From assembly GCA_964016885.1 (NCBI GenBank), contig OZ024749.1:54994001-55058000 (forward strand): a stretch of DNA of 64,000 bases. Direction: 5' to 3'. Below, piece after piece: positions 50,146-62,505 of this stretch. A program made the position numbers and the translations under genes. Below the pieces are notes generated by a model that was given only the letters and a program-made list of their open reading frames with translations, was not told where the DNA came from and ran no database searches. Source of the stretch: Eledone cirrhosa (lineage: Eukaryota). The number at the start of each line of letters is the position of its first letter. The stretch's first letter is position 1.

Positions 50146-50527
50146 AAAAGGGTGGTGGATTGGCAGATTCGGTAGAGGGTCGGACAACATGCTTTATGGC
50201 ATAGAGTTATGGCCTTTTGCGATCTGAGTTCAAATACTACCGAGATTAGTTTTGCCTTTCATCCCTACTTTGTCGATAAAATAATGTACCAGTAATGCAC
50301 TGGGATAAATTTTATCAACTTTCCCCTCCCCCATATTCTTGGCCTTGTGCCTATATGAGAAACCAATATTGTTCTGAGTTCACCTTTCATTGAGGTCCCC
50401 TTTCTCTTTCTTCCTTGGTGGTTCGGTAAAATATAGTACCAGTATAGTACTGAGGTCGATTTAATCGACTTTTCCCCCCCTTCCCAACAAATTACTGGCC
50501 TTGTCCATAAATTAGAAACTATTATTG
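50146..50527 (+). mobile_element. SINE family A dimer
   Basis: A full copy with A/B boxes (50146-50370) is followed directly by a second copy that starts at the B box. Confidence 0.85.
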
Positions 50528-51967
50528 ACATGATGGAATATTTACATATAAGCCATGTCTAAATATTAAATTCAACAGAAATGAAGCGAGGCTGTCATTG
50601 CATTGTCGCATGTGTAATGTAGCTGCTGTTGCCATAGAATTTATTGTCATTGTTGTTGTAAGTTTTGTTGGTTTTGTGTTTGCAATTGTTCGTATACTTG
50701 GCTTTAGTTTCGTTGTTGTTATTGCTACTGTTGTTGATATATTGTTGTTGTAGCTATTGTTCATGTTGAGCTGATTATAATTTTAGACAGTTGTGCTTGA
50801 CGCTTGTTGCTGTTTGAAAGGGGAAAAAATATAGGAATTCAGTGATGACGAAAAGAAAAGAAAAGAAAGTAAATGTTTTACAAAAGCAAACTAATAAAAG
50901 CCCTGAAAATAAGAAGACAATAAAATATATATATATTAAAGTGAAGATACAGCAGTGAACTTACTTTGGCCCCAATTTCGGCAGCAGCAGCAAGAATAGT
51001 TAGTAATATTGACTGATTAAATGCTATTGGACGCGATAGTTTTGTCTGAGTAATTGTATATGACCATCAGGCCAGCACTTGTCAATCATATAAGCAGGCA
51101 GACTGCATGCCGCAGTTTGCTCATTGTTCGAATTCTCACAGAGAATGGATTGGATTATTGAACGCAACTTTCACTTTCATTTTTGTCCAACCACCCCTAG
51201 TTCTGTCCCTGTTTATGTCTCCTCCAGCCCATCCGCTAACAACAACCACATTACAACCCCCCCCCCCACACACACACTTTATATAATACATACTTTCTCA
51301 TCATTTTCCCTGGTGTCTCTCTCAATATAGCTTTCTGTCTTACTCTCATTCTCTCTACCAATCTTTCCTCTTAATATTTCTCTCATTTTACGCCACATAA
51401 TACCATTCTATCTGACACACACACACACACACTTCCATTTTTCCCTCTTTTTCGATTCTCCATCTCTTCTTCACCATCTCTCATATTATGCATGGTTTTC
51501 GTTGAAACTGTCTTCCTTGTTCAATTCTTCCATTACAGACTCTCTCTCTCTCTCTCTCTCTCATACATTATTCTCCTCTTTCTCCCTATTTCCATCTTTC
51601 TCTCTCACTCTAGGATTCTATGTGGAATACAAATAGACAGGTAAGTACCTCTCTTAACTCTTAGCTCCAGTCTTCAATGAATCCTAATTGGAGTCTTCTG
51701 AGAATCTATAGATTCAAGGTAAAATATTGAAACGTCACTGAATATGACAGCTCCTACGTAGATCTCCATTTTTTTGCCAAACTTACAAAACACAATCCCT
51801 CATTTTTTTTCCTTAAAGCACACACAGCAATATGAAGATTCACACTATAAGGTGCGTATGCAAATATATCCGAATATATCCGACGTTCGTTATAAATACA
51901 AATACACACATATTTACACATGTTTCTGCATGTATTTATGCATGTGTCTATGTTGAGAGAGAGAGAT

Positions 51968-52070
51968 GTAATAATCGTTTCTACTTTTGGCACAAGGCCA
52001 GCAATTATTCCAGTGCATTACTGGTACTTTATTTTATCGACCCCGCAAGGATGAAAGGCAAAGTTAACTT
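51968..52070 (-). mobile_element. SINE family A, short variant, 5'-truncated
   Basis: Reverse complement of AGTTAACTTTGCCTTTCATCC..AAAAGTAGAAAC. Confidence 0.85.
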
Positions 52071-52283
52071 TAAGAAAATGAATGATAGAGAATTATCTAC
52101 GAATAGAATAATCCTGCATGCATATATATACAGTGTTATAGGATAAGTATACAGAGATCCACACACACACACACACGTACACACATACAAATACACTCAC
52201 ACAAAGAATGAAATGTTCCTTCTGTCTTATAATCTGTGTAAGGCATAATTTACTTCAGACGCGTATAAACATGTTTAAACCTT

Positions 52284-52420
52284 AAGGCGGTGAATTGGCA
52301 GAATTTAGAGCGTTGAATAAATTGCCCTGCTTTATTTAGTCTGGCTATTTAGATAGTGATTTCGAATCCCGCTGGAGTCAATTTTATATGTGAATAGCCT
52401 GAGATCAATAAAATGTAGAC
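52284..52420 (+). mobile_element. SINE family A, old copy truncated by the hAT end
   Basis: AAGGCGGTGAATTGGCAGAAT..TTCGAATCCCGC..GATCAATAAAAT. Confidence 0.6.
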
Positions 52421-52520
52421 CAGGCATGTCAAACTGAGGATCCCCAAGGGTCGCATGGGTCACATATGTGTTGTCCGAGGGCCGCACACGCAACTACTTA
52501 AAGTCATTTAATAAAATTTA
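52421..52520 (+). mobile_element. hAT-Charlie-type transposon left end
   Basis: Begins CAGGCATGTCAAAC followed by GGGCCGCA-like subterminal motifs. Preceded by ATGTAGAC, similar to the NTCTAGAN target. Abuts and truncates a SINE. Confidence 0.55.
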
Positions 52521-52684
52521 TTGCAGAAAAATTTGTTACTTAAATTTAGAAATATACAATGTACATACATATGTTTTAGCAACATTCATGAATACAAAGT
52601 AATGAAGTGGTTAGAAGTCGACCTTCAGTAGGAGCAATAACTTTAAGAAAGACATGAAAGACACCACATGATTTTGTAGTGAAC

Positions 52685-53000
52685 ATTTTGAAAGTAGGTT
52701 TATAAGTATGAATTTTCATAAGATTTTCGTTGTTGTCTCTGTGGCCTAGTGGTAGGTACTAGAGGCGGTGGAGATCCTGGCCTTAGGTTCGATCCTGGTC
52801 AAGAGGTACCTTTAATCTTTGTCAGTTTTTATTTTACATCACATAGAAAAAAACTGAAAAGGGTTTACCGGGAACACTACTCCCGACCAGGATCGAACTT
52901 CAGACCATGATCACCATCGTCTATGATTCCTCCAACTCGACCGCCTAACATCTACAAAAATATAATGAAAAATTAATAATTATAAACCTACTTTCAAAAT
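52685..53000. mobile_element. About 315-bp palindromic (MITE/foldback-like) element with tRNA-like arms
   Basis: Outer 21 bp are perfectly inverted (ATTTTGAAAGTAGGTTTATAA / TTATAAACCTACTTTCAAAAT). Inner arms are degenerate inverted copies carrying GTTCGATCCTGGTC. Confidence 0.7.
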
Positions 53001-53113
53001 AAAAGTTAAAAAGATATATAGAAAGAGTCGGCGTCCGACGTTTGAGCCCTTGTCGTTTCGACAGCTAGTTCCAAAACCCTCTCTCTGAATGTATACCTAT
53101 AAAGTAACTTGAA

Positions 53114-53144
<31 letters not shown>

Positions 53145-53954
53145 TATACTCAAGTTACTTTATAGGTATACATTCATAGTCACACGCACATCCTTCACAT
53201 ACACATGTAGGGGTTTTGCAAGCACGATTTTGTTAAGTTTTTTTTTAATGTATATATTTCGTATGAATGTTTGAAATATATGCAATATACATATCCCATA
53301 AACACGTCACCAAATGCTGGCTTTTAGATCTAAATAATGTTAGAGTTAAAGATATAAAATGACTGAAGTCAAGAAAGCCAAATTTAATGTGAATGGCAAA
53401 GTTGGTAATTTGTTTAGGCTAAAGCCTATCCGATTACACGCTTTCGTTGGATTTTATCTTTCGTTACTTACTTCAAAAATATGTTAATGGCCCATTAAAA
53501 TGATTACAAAATGCACAAAGGTAGTGAAATTTATGTTACTGTTCTGGTTATATAGCAGTGTTATCAACAATACGAACATCGAACTAAAATGGGTGGGTGT
53601 CTCGTCACCTCTTCCTGCCTATGTATAACTTTTAGAACCATATCTTACCTTCTTAGATCAGCACATATTGGGTAATGTATTCTGTAGGTATACAATAACC
53701 GAATACCAGATACTGAATACTCATAACTAGAATGACTTCGATCAGGACTTATTTGGGGATGAGGATGGACCTACACCTTCTTCGACGATTAGTGTTCCAG
53801 TTTGTCTATTAATAGTATGACTTGCTCGGGAAATTAATATTTAAGTGGCAGAGTATTCCACAGACACTCATACTCTAACACGAAACAACTCTTAAACGGA
53901 ATCAGCAAGATGGTTGGTTAGTTGGATTACAGGTAGAGTCCATTATAATGTTGG

Positions 53955-54170
53955 TAGGGGTGGTAGATTGGTAGCATTCATTTAGCGTCGGAAAATATGG
54001 TTCACGGCATAGAGTTACGTCTCTTTACGTTCTGATTTCAAATCCCGCCGATGTTAGTTTTGCCTTTCATCCTTTCAGAATAAATTAAAGTACCAATAAC
54101 GTAATGGGGTCTATTTAATCGACTTTCCCATCTCCCGAAATTTATGGCCTTGTGACTAAATCTGAAACTC
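53955..54170 (+). mobile_element. SINE family A, long variant
   Basis: Head, TTCAAATCCCGCC, GCCTTTCATCC, GTACCA, TTTAATCGACTT, GGCCTTGTG. Confidence 0.8.
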
Positions 54171-54339
54171 TTATAGTTTTCATTGAAGTCATTCCACTTA
54201 TAAGACACGTTGATTCGATGCTAAGGTAAATGTCACTGGCTCAAGACTGACCTGTTACAGATGTGAAAGTTTATAACAAATTTATAGAGAAAAAAAAAGA
54301 TTGAATCGATCGTAGTAGTTATCCAAAATAATACTTATG

Positions 54340-55000
54340 AAACATTACTCTGTGACTCCTATTGCATGGAATTCTAATAGCAAAGAGTGTTTTATTATAT
54401 TTGGTGTAGTAAACCAAAGAATAATATTTAAATAAAACTGCTCCTTTGAACTCAAAAGTATTATACTAGAAGACAATGTTTCTAGATTTAAAAAAGGATG
54501 GAAATCAACCACTGATGTCCTAATTCAAATTGATTATACATTCAATGCAGCTGAGCGTGAATCTGATATTTAGCATTATGGTGACGTCTCCAAACTTGTT
54601 TCTGTCTTTTTAAACCTCATCAATGATGAATTATCTAACAGTGACTGCAGTAGACGATTAGAGGTGTGTATAAGATGGACATGAATGAAGAGCATGATGT
54701 TATATATTAAAGGAATGACTCACCAATCTAGTCCTATGCAAGATGCCTTATTCATTCAACTGTGCCGTTTCCTATAACGAACAGTTTCTTGTAATAATAA
54801 GGCTATTTTATCAGTGTATTTGAAACTGTGTCGGAGAGGCACGATGCCGGGGGAATAGCAAATTACTATGGCATTTAGTGTAGAATGACGTATTATATTT
54901 ATACATAAGGAGAATGATAGCTTTTGAAAAGCTGAAACTTTATATTCTATTGAATCAACTCCAGGACCGCGTATCTAATATCTGAAGTCAATGCACCTTC
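54340..55000 (+). pseudogene. Highly decayed RTE-type APE endonuclease remnant
   Basis: Fragments IAWNSNS, GNQP, TFNAAERESDI*HYGDVSKLVS and IIFIHKENDSF*KAETLYSIE..PRI occur in the order expected for an RTE APE domain. Many frameshifts; matched by eye. Confidence 0.4.
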
Positions 55001-55564
55001 TTATATAACAATTATTGTAGACATTTAACAGTTGACTTTGATTTATATGGCATTTCCCGATCATTTAATTCTAATGACGGTCGCTATGGACATTTCAACA
55101 GCCACAGCTTTCGGTATTATTTACAGAAGAACTTTGTGCATAAAGTTGCCTTTCAAAGTCATGATAAATCAAAACACTAATACTTGTCTATGAATATAAA
55201 TTAATGGAGAAAGAACACTTCACTTCTTTGTCTCTATCACTATGGTATGTTAAGCTAACACTTGAGACCAACATTTCTGCATTGGTTTCCAGCAACGATA
55301 TATAGAGAATACTGACATAAGGAGAAGACAAACAAAATCCAAAACAAGAACGAAAAGCTTTATATACCAACACTCCATAAAGACTATTTACATATTTATT
55401 ATTTATTAATATGGTGGTGGAGGTAGGGGCAGAGTAATAAAGGCAACGGATAAAATACCTTAAAATATTTAATTACTGCCGTTACATTCTGAGTTCAAAT
55501 CGATTTTTTTCATTCCTTGATCCGGGAACCATGAAAGGTTTTGGTTTTGAGCTATAAAATTCTT

Positions 55565-55700
55565 CTATCGGTCACCCCACAGGAAAAGATTACATGACTT
55601 TAAGTCAGGCCTTTTTGCAGCCCATCCATGTAAACCTCGAAGACCCAGCGAACGTCCTATCGATTGAACACCAACCCACTCACGGACAGTGCATGAATAT
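55565..55700 (-). pseudogene. Tc1/mariner transposase remnant (third catalytic Asp region)
   Basis: VREWV..SIGR..GWAAKRPDLKSCNLFLWG matches the WIGR..WPxRSPDLTPCDFFLWG motif. Confidence 0.65.
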
Positions 55701-56443
55701 GAGGTCATTAATTTTGTCACTGTTGACCAAACGTTATAAGACATTTTCAATAGGCCGTATCTTTCCACCCAACGTGTATAACTATTACATATTGAAAAAT
55801 ATCATATAATAAGTTTGAAACAATATGGTTATATTCTAGATTACACATTCAAATGATAAATTAGAAAAATTATAACGTGTTATGCTAACTGTAGAACATT
55901 AGTGGGTAGAAATAGGACAGTGCTTCAGATTCCACAATGCTTATTAGCTAGAGAACACGTTACGTTCCTTCAAAACATCTATATTTATGTCACGTGAGAA
56001 TATGCTATCAATACAAATTATTAGCAAATAATTATGGAACGTTGTCATTATATATAAGGCAGAGTAGAGAGACAGCCAACTGATGGTAGGTGTTATATAC
56101 AGACAAAATAATACTCTGTAGACAAATTCAAACTATGTTGTAATGTACATATTAGTGATATGGAAAACGACCATGCCACAATAGATAATAGTGCTATAAC
56201 GTAACATAGATGTATATGAGGATGTAAAATATATGTATTGACGAAGAAATGATGTATATATATCTACACATAGTTGCATATACATACATAGACACACACA
56301 CACAGATTTAATCATATGTGTATATCAGTGTGTGGGTATATATATATACGTATATAAATATAAATAAATATGTATATATATATATATATAGGTATATAAA
56401 TAAATAAATATATATATATATAGGTATAAATATAAATAAATAA

Positions 56444-56484
<41 letters not shown>

Positions 56485-56544
56485 GTATACGTACTTAAAC
56501 ACACACACATACATACATATATACATGTGTGTGCAAGGCATATA

Positions 56545-56627
56545 TAAAGGGTGTCCCAAAAAGTGTATAGACACTGTTATTAGAATGCTGTTGTAGTTTG
56601 TATACATTTTTGTGGGGACAGCCTGTA
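56545..56627. mobile_element. Tc1/mariner-type mini-MITE
   Basis: Imperfect TIRs TAAAGGGTGTCCCAAAAAGTGTATA / TGTATACATTTTTGTGGGGACAGCCTGTA in a TA context. Confidence 0.6.
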
Positions 56628-57209
56628 TATATAGAAATAGCAAAGCAGATAATTTAACATTGATAACTCAGCCTTACTATTGTTAATATATTGTTATATT
56701 GTAGGCGCCGAAATTCCATTTAGTCTTGTGTTACAAAAGCAAAAGAAAAAAAAAGACCATATTTTCTGATAGAATCAAAATGGAACAGATTATCGGATCT
56801 GTTAAAACTCACGTTGTCCAGCATCAGAGAGAGAGAGAGAGGGGGGGGGGGGGCTGGGAACAAAACCAGCAATATATTTTATTAGATTTCTTCAGCATAC
56901 TATTATATTCAGAATTCTTCCTTTTATTAAACAACTTAACAAGTGATCAAATCAGCTTTCTACGTTGTTGCTTGCTTCTTTTTTATGTTATATTTTATTG
57001 TATTTTATTGTTTGGTTTTATTTTACTTTTTTTATATCACATTTTTGTTGTTTTTGTTGTTGTTGTTGTTGCATATCGGTGCTGTTCTCTTGTACGTTTG
57101 TGTGTTTGTGTATATGTATGTGAGTGGATTATATTTATCTATCTCTCGTGTCCCCTTCTTTAAAATAATCGTTATACATCTATATGCATGTATACATACT
57201 CATACACAC

Positions 57210-57629
<420 letters not shown>

Positions 57630-57739
57630 CGGCGATGAATTAGTTTTGCGAGGTTTTTTATATGAAATCGTGTGTCGAAATGTGCAACGAAAGATTTATG
57701 ATAAACTATATATATGTGTTTGTGTCTATATTGTATCTG

Positions 57740-57899
57740 TATTATTTTTGACCGTCGGTCAGTCAATGGCAACATTGAGGGCCGAGTAAGTTAGATTACC
57801 GATATAAAAGACACAGAAGCGAGAAGCGAAAACCAACCAAACAGTGAGTGTGTTCTGTTATTAATTCTGGCAATATTACACAAATATGACCCTCCCCAA

Positions 57900-57902
<3 letters not shown>
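57740..57902 (+). repeat. Dispersed repeat E, copy 2
   Basis: Direct copy of 28725-28880, ending against (TA)n. Confidence 0.8.
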
Positions 57903-57962
<60 letters not shown>

Positions 57963-58231
57963 TGTGTGTGTATGTGTGCAATTGCAAACAAGCAAACAAT
58001 AGTAAGGTGTGCTTCAGTGATTATATGCGTGCCTGCAGTTATTCTTGTACATAATATAAAATATATAAATATACAAACCTTGATAAGACAAATAGAAGTT
58101 TATAAAGAGATATTTGTAAATGCACATTAAAGAGAAATTTTTCAATTATGAAGTGAGAGCATCACCAAAACGTTTTCCCATCCTTTACGGGCATAAATTA
58201 CAAACAAAATATTTAAAAGAACAAAATTAAA

Positions 58232-59300
58232 TATTATTATTATTATCATCATTATTATTATTATTATTGTTCTTTGAGTCTCAGTCATTGATGTTATTTA
58301 ACGGGAAAGTTTGTTGAAATGAATATCAAGCCGCTACCTGCAACCTCAGATATTCAGAACGTATCAGAGGGTTCTTGCTGTTCCCAGCAAGCATGCATTT
58401 TGAAGTGTTCCAAAAAGTGTGGCTGGACTAATCTTCTTTAACCATCCTTCGAAACTCTTTGAGATAGTACCTATGACAATCGGGACGATCTTGATTTCAT
58501 AGCAGTTCCAAATCATTTTTAATTCCCAATTTAAATCCTGGTATCGGTAAATTTTCTCCCTCTCCTTTTCTTGCACTCTCGTGTCAAAGGGTCAGGCTAC
58601 ATCTACAATCAGACACAATCTTTTTTCCTTGTCCAAAACCACCAGGTCAGGTCTATTGTGCTCCAGTTTCTTGTCCGTCTGTATCCTAAAATTCCATAGC
58701 ACCTTCACCTGATCGTTATCTATCACCGACTCTGGCTTATGCTCATACCACTTCTCAGAATGTGGTAAATTGTTTACTTTGCATAGATGCCAGTGGATCA
58801 CCCTGCCTATCACATCATGTCTCCAGCCTTTATAGTGAATCTGGGCTAGGTGTTTACACTCGGATACAATGTGAGCCACAGTCTCCCCCCTCTCTCTCTC
58901 CTCTCTCTCTCCACAGATCCTACACAGTGAACTAGCCTCCTCCTTGTCAATATGGTGTTTCAGTTACTTCGTTTTGAGGGCTTGCTCTTGCGCAGTCATT
59001 AGCATTCCTTCTGTAGGTTTTTTAAGGTCTCCTCTTTTTAACCAGTTCAATGTCCGTGTATCTCTAAATTCAGTTTTCTTAAAGAAGGTGCTATGAAGGG
59101 ATTTTTCATGAAGGTTTCTCTTCCTCCTTGTTGTTATTTCCTCCTTGGACATCCCCTGGTCTATTGTCTTCTCCTTCAGTACAATTTTGAGCATTGGCTC
59201 CCTACTGTCAGTCACGTATTTGTGCAGGTTGTTTTTCTCCATCTGAACACAGTCCTCTATGCTGATAAGACCTCTTCCACCTTCAGATCTCTTTAAGTAC
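58232..59300 (-). mobile_element. Dong/R4-clade non-LTR retrotransposon with restriction-like endonuclease, 3' fragment, pseudogenised
   Basis: Minus-strand reading: YLKRSEGGRGLISIEDC..WLKRGDLKKPTEGMLMTAQEQAL..CRIC..ETVAHIVSEC (CCHC knuckle), RHD, KVLWNFRIQTD..NRPDLVV..CLIVDVA*PFD..EKIYRYQDL (PD-D RLE), LLGTARTL. Several stops, a short 3' UTR and an (AAT)n tail at 58232-58268. Confidence 0.9.
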
Positions 59301-59344
59301 CAAGTGGTTACAAGCCAACTCTTTAATCACACAGCCACTTTATG

Positions 59345-59515
59345 CAGTCCTTTTACGATCTGAGTTAAAATCCCGCCGAGGTTAACTTTGCTTTCATCCT
59401 TACGGGGTCGATAAAATAAAGTACCAGTAAATACTCTGGGTAATTGCTGGCCTTGTGCCAAAAGTAGAAACAATTATTATGATTATTATTATTATTATTA
59501 TTACTATTATTATTG
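59345..59515 (+). mobile_element. SINE family A, short variant, with expanded (ATT)n tail
   Basis: GAGTTAAAATCCCGCCGAGGTTAACTTTGC..GTAGAAACAATTATTATG(ATT)n. Confidence 0.85.
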
Positions 59516-60299
59516 ATATGTTGTGTTCGATTATTTCTCATTCAATGAAGGAATTACATCAAGTCTCCCGATCTTTTAATCATTGATTCCAATAATTTGT
59601 AATTGGTCTATTGAAAGTCTGACGAGCCAGCCTGACTAGCTTCCTGAGAGGTAGAGAAAAACAAAATCCTCTTTATTTCCTCAAACATATATTTTTTACA
59701 TTTTTCTCTTTCTAGAAATAACAACAACAAAAAATAGAGGAAAAAAAACGGTAGAAGTGAAGGCACAAATATTACTATAGGTTCTCCATGGACTTGCTAG
59801 AAATAGGAACCAAATCTTCTTCAAAGCAGACATTACTATAATCAAAATATGAAGGATATATCACAGACTTTATTCCTCGTACTGATACGGTCGAACATGA
59901 TACTACAATTTGCTGGAAATCACAATTGCATGGTGAAGATTGGTAGTCTTTTTTCATAGGTTTGCTTGATTTTCGCCATGATATGAGCTTCTACGCATAT
60001 ATATAAGGGATAACAAAATATCGTTATAGGTAATCCAGTTGGAGGTTGTGAATACTTCTTACTATGGATAGTTTTAGCCCTACGGCGTTGTTTGACTCAA
60101 CAAGAGGTTTACGTAGATGACGAGTTTATGATTTCACTTGTATTCCTATGTAAGTTTATCTTGGAGTAATAAAATTGAAAAAGTGAAGAATAACATGGTA
60201 AACAGTACAACTTTAGACAACTTAATCAGAGAAACAATTGTTAGACTGTAAATAAATCCCCTTTTTTCTACTGTTGACCATGTTATTCTTCACATTTTC

Positions 60300-60392
<93 letters not shown>

Positions 60393-60523
60393 TATATATA
60401 TAGATATATATATATACATAACAGAGCTATTTAATCAGAAAGTGAAGAATACAAAATATAACTACTCCATTACCAAACGTTTCTGGATTTCAGACAATAT
60501 TAATATACGTCTGGATCGGTCAT

Positions 60524-60592
60524 CTCTGTTTGATGACCGATCCAGACGTATATTAATATTTGTCTGAGATCCAGAAACCTTTGGTAATGGAG
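60524..60592 (+). ncRNA. Degenerate type-I hammerhead motif inside a long hairpin
   Basis: Stem I CTCTGT/ATGGAG, core TTGATGA, stem II GATCCAGAC/GTCTGAGATC, GAAACC-TTT-GGTA. Confidence 0.5.
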
Positions 60593-60613
60593 TAGTTATA
60601 TTTTATGTTGTTC

Positions 60614-60660
<47 letters not shown>

Positions 60661-61087
60661 TGTCCCTTGATTTACTATGAAGGAGAAACAAATCATTTTC
60701 TTATCAACCGGCCCCCCAAAACTGGCTCTCATTCTATGAAACAAAACAACACGTTTTAAAGATTTCCTATTATACGTTTTCAGCACAATTTTATATAAGT
60801 CATACGTGTAGTTACTCTTTCAGTAAGTAAATAACTTATATGTTTATAATTCTTCAAAACTTCTTTATTACTTAATATAAATATATTTAATGTCATTAGA
60901 AATACGGTTTCAAATAGATCAACATTATATAATTTGGAATTTAGTTAATCTTGCAGCGTTCAGTTATTTAACCAACATAGTTCTTAACGGGCAAATTAAT
61001 GTGTAACCAGCACAATGTTAAAAAAATACTTAACATGCATTCACCCCGACCCTATATATATATAAAAACATACATACACACACACAC

Positions 61088-61126
<39 letters not shown>

Positions 61127-61129
61127 CAA

Positions 61130-61298
61130 AGGAATTGTGGTAAGGAACCAGATGGACCAAAACGCACGAGAGTACTCAATACTTAGGGTAGTAGAGTGTA
61201 GAGATAGGAAAAAGTAAGACCCCGACGGCAGAGCTCAAGCCGTTTCGAGAAATAGCCGTCGAAACGGCTTGAACTCTGCCGTCGGGGTCTTACTTTTT

Positions 61299-61303
<5 letters not shown>
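61130..61303. mobile_element. Family P copy with near-perfect 45-bp foldback
   Basis: Arms at 61204-61248 and 61259-61303 with one mismatch and a 10-nt spacer. Flanked by (TA)n. Confidence 0.65.
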
Positions 61304-61355
<52 letters not shown>

Positions 61356-61456
61356 CTGTGTGTGTGTATGTATTTATGTAATAAACAACATGTTTAAATA
61401 GCTCTGTAGTATAATAGAGCACTCTCCTTTCCTTTACCCTTCCTACGGAAATACTT

Positions 61457-61497
<41 letters not shown>

Positions 61498-62241
61498 GTG
61501 GATATTGCTGGAATGCATTTAAACATATATCTGTATGAGCCAACCAGTAAACTTTTGAGTAAACCTTAGACATGTTAAAATATTGAAAATTCAATCTTCA
61601 CCCCCACTCCAAAGTAAGTAAATCTGCCTTTGATATTAATCTGTCATCTTGAAGAAGACCTGTTATTGTTTATGTTTAGAATAAGATAGGAAGACAGCGA
61701 CTACTAAGATATTATTGTATATGTGACCGATCAGAACCAGCAATGGTTTAAGCAATAACTGAGTGAAGGCATGAGAAATTCGTTCGTAAAACTTCAATAT
61801 AACAGACTTAAGTGGTCAGCTGTTGTTATTGAAGAATGTGTCAGAGCTTGAATGTCGAGGGAATTACACCTTTTAGAATATATAATAGCAAGTGTTATGA
61901 AGACGTATTCAGATACATAAGGTTAACTATAATTTAGAAACTTTTAGACTTTGTGTAGAGACGCAAATAGTTTGTAATATTTTAACTGTGGGAAAAGACG
62001 ACAAATTAAACATAGGTTTCTTTTTTTATATATGTATAGAGAAAGAAATGGAGTTTATCTCTGTTGCCAATAGCAAATATTTGATCATGTGGCAAATTAT
62101 TGATAGTAATTATTTGTGTAGAGAAGCGTACACCGATATCTGCTTACGTAGGTATAGTTACTGAGATTATATGCATACAAACACATACACACACATATAT
62201 ATCTGTATATGTGTGTGTGTGTGTATTCATGCATGTACTTA

Positions 62242-62311
<70 letters not shown>

Positions 62312-62314
62312 TGG

Positions 62315-62505
62315 TACTACGGTTTTGCAGCATTTAGTTGCAGCCCCCTTTGTTCTGAGTTCAAATCTCACTGAGTTCAACTTCGCCTATCTTCCATTAG
62401 GGTCGATAAAATAAAGTACAAGTCACGTACTGTGGTCACTCTAATCGACTCTCCCCACTCATCAACAGATTGTCGGCCTTGTGCCAAAATTAGAAAACAT
62501 TATTA
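62315..62505 (+). mobile_element. SINE family A, long variant
   Basis: GTTCTGAGTTCAAAT..GGGTCGATAAAATAAAGTAC..TAATCGACT..GGCCTTGTGCCAAAATTAGAAA. Confidence 0.8.
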
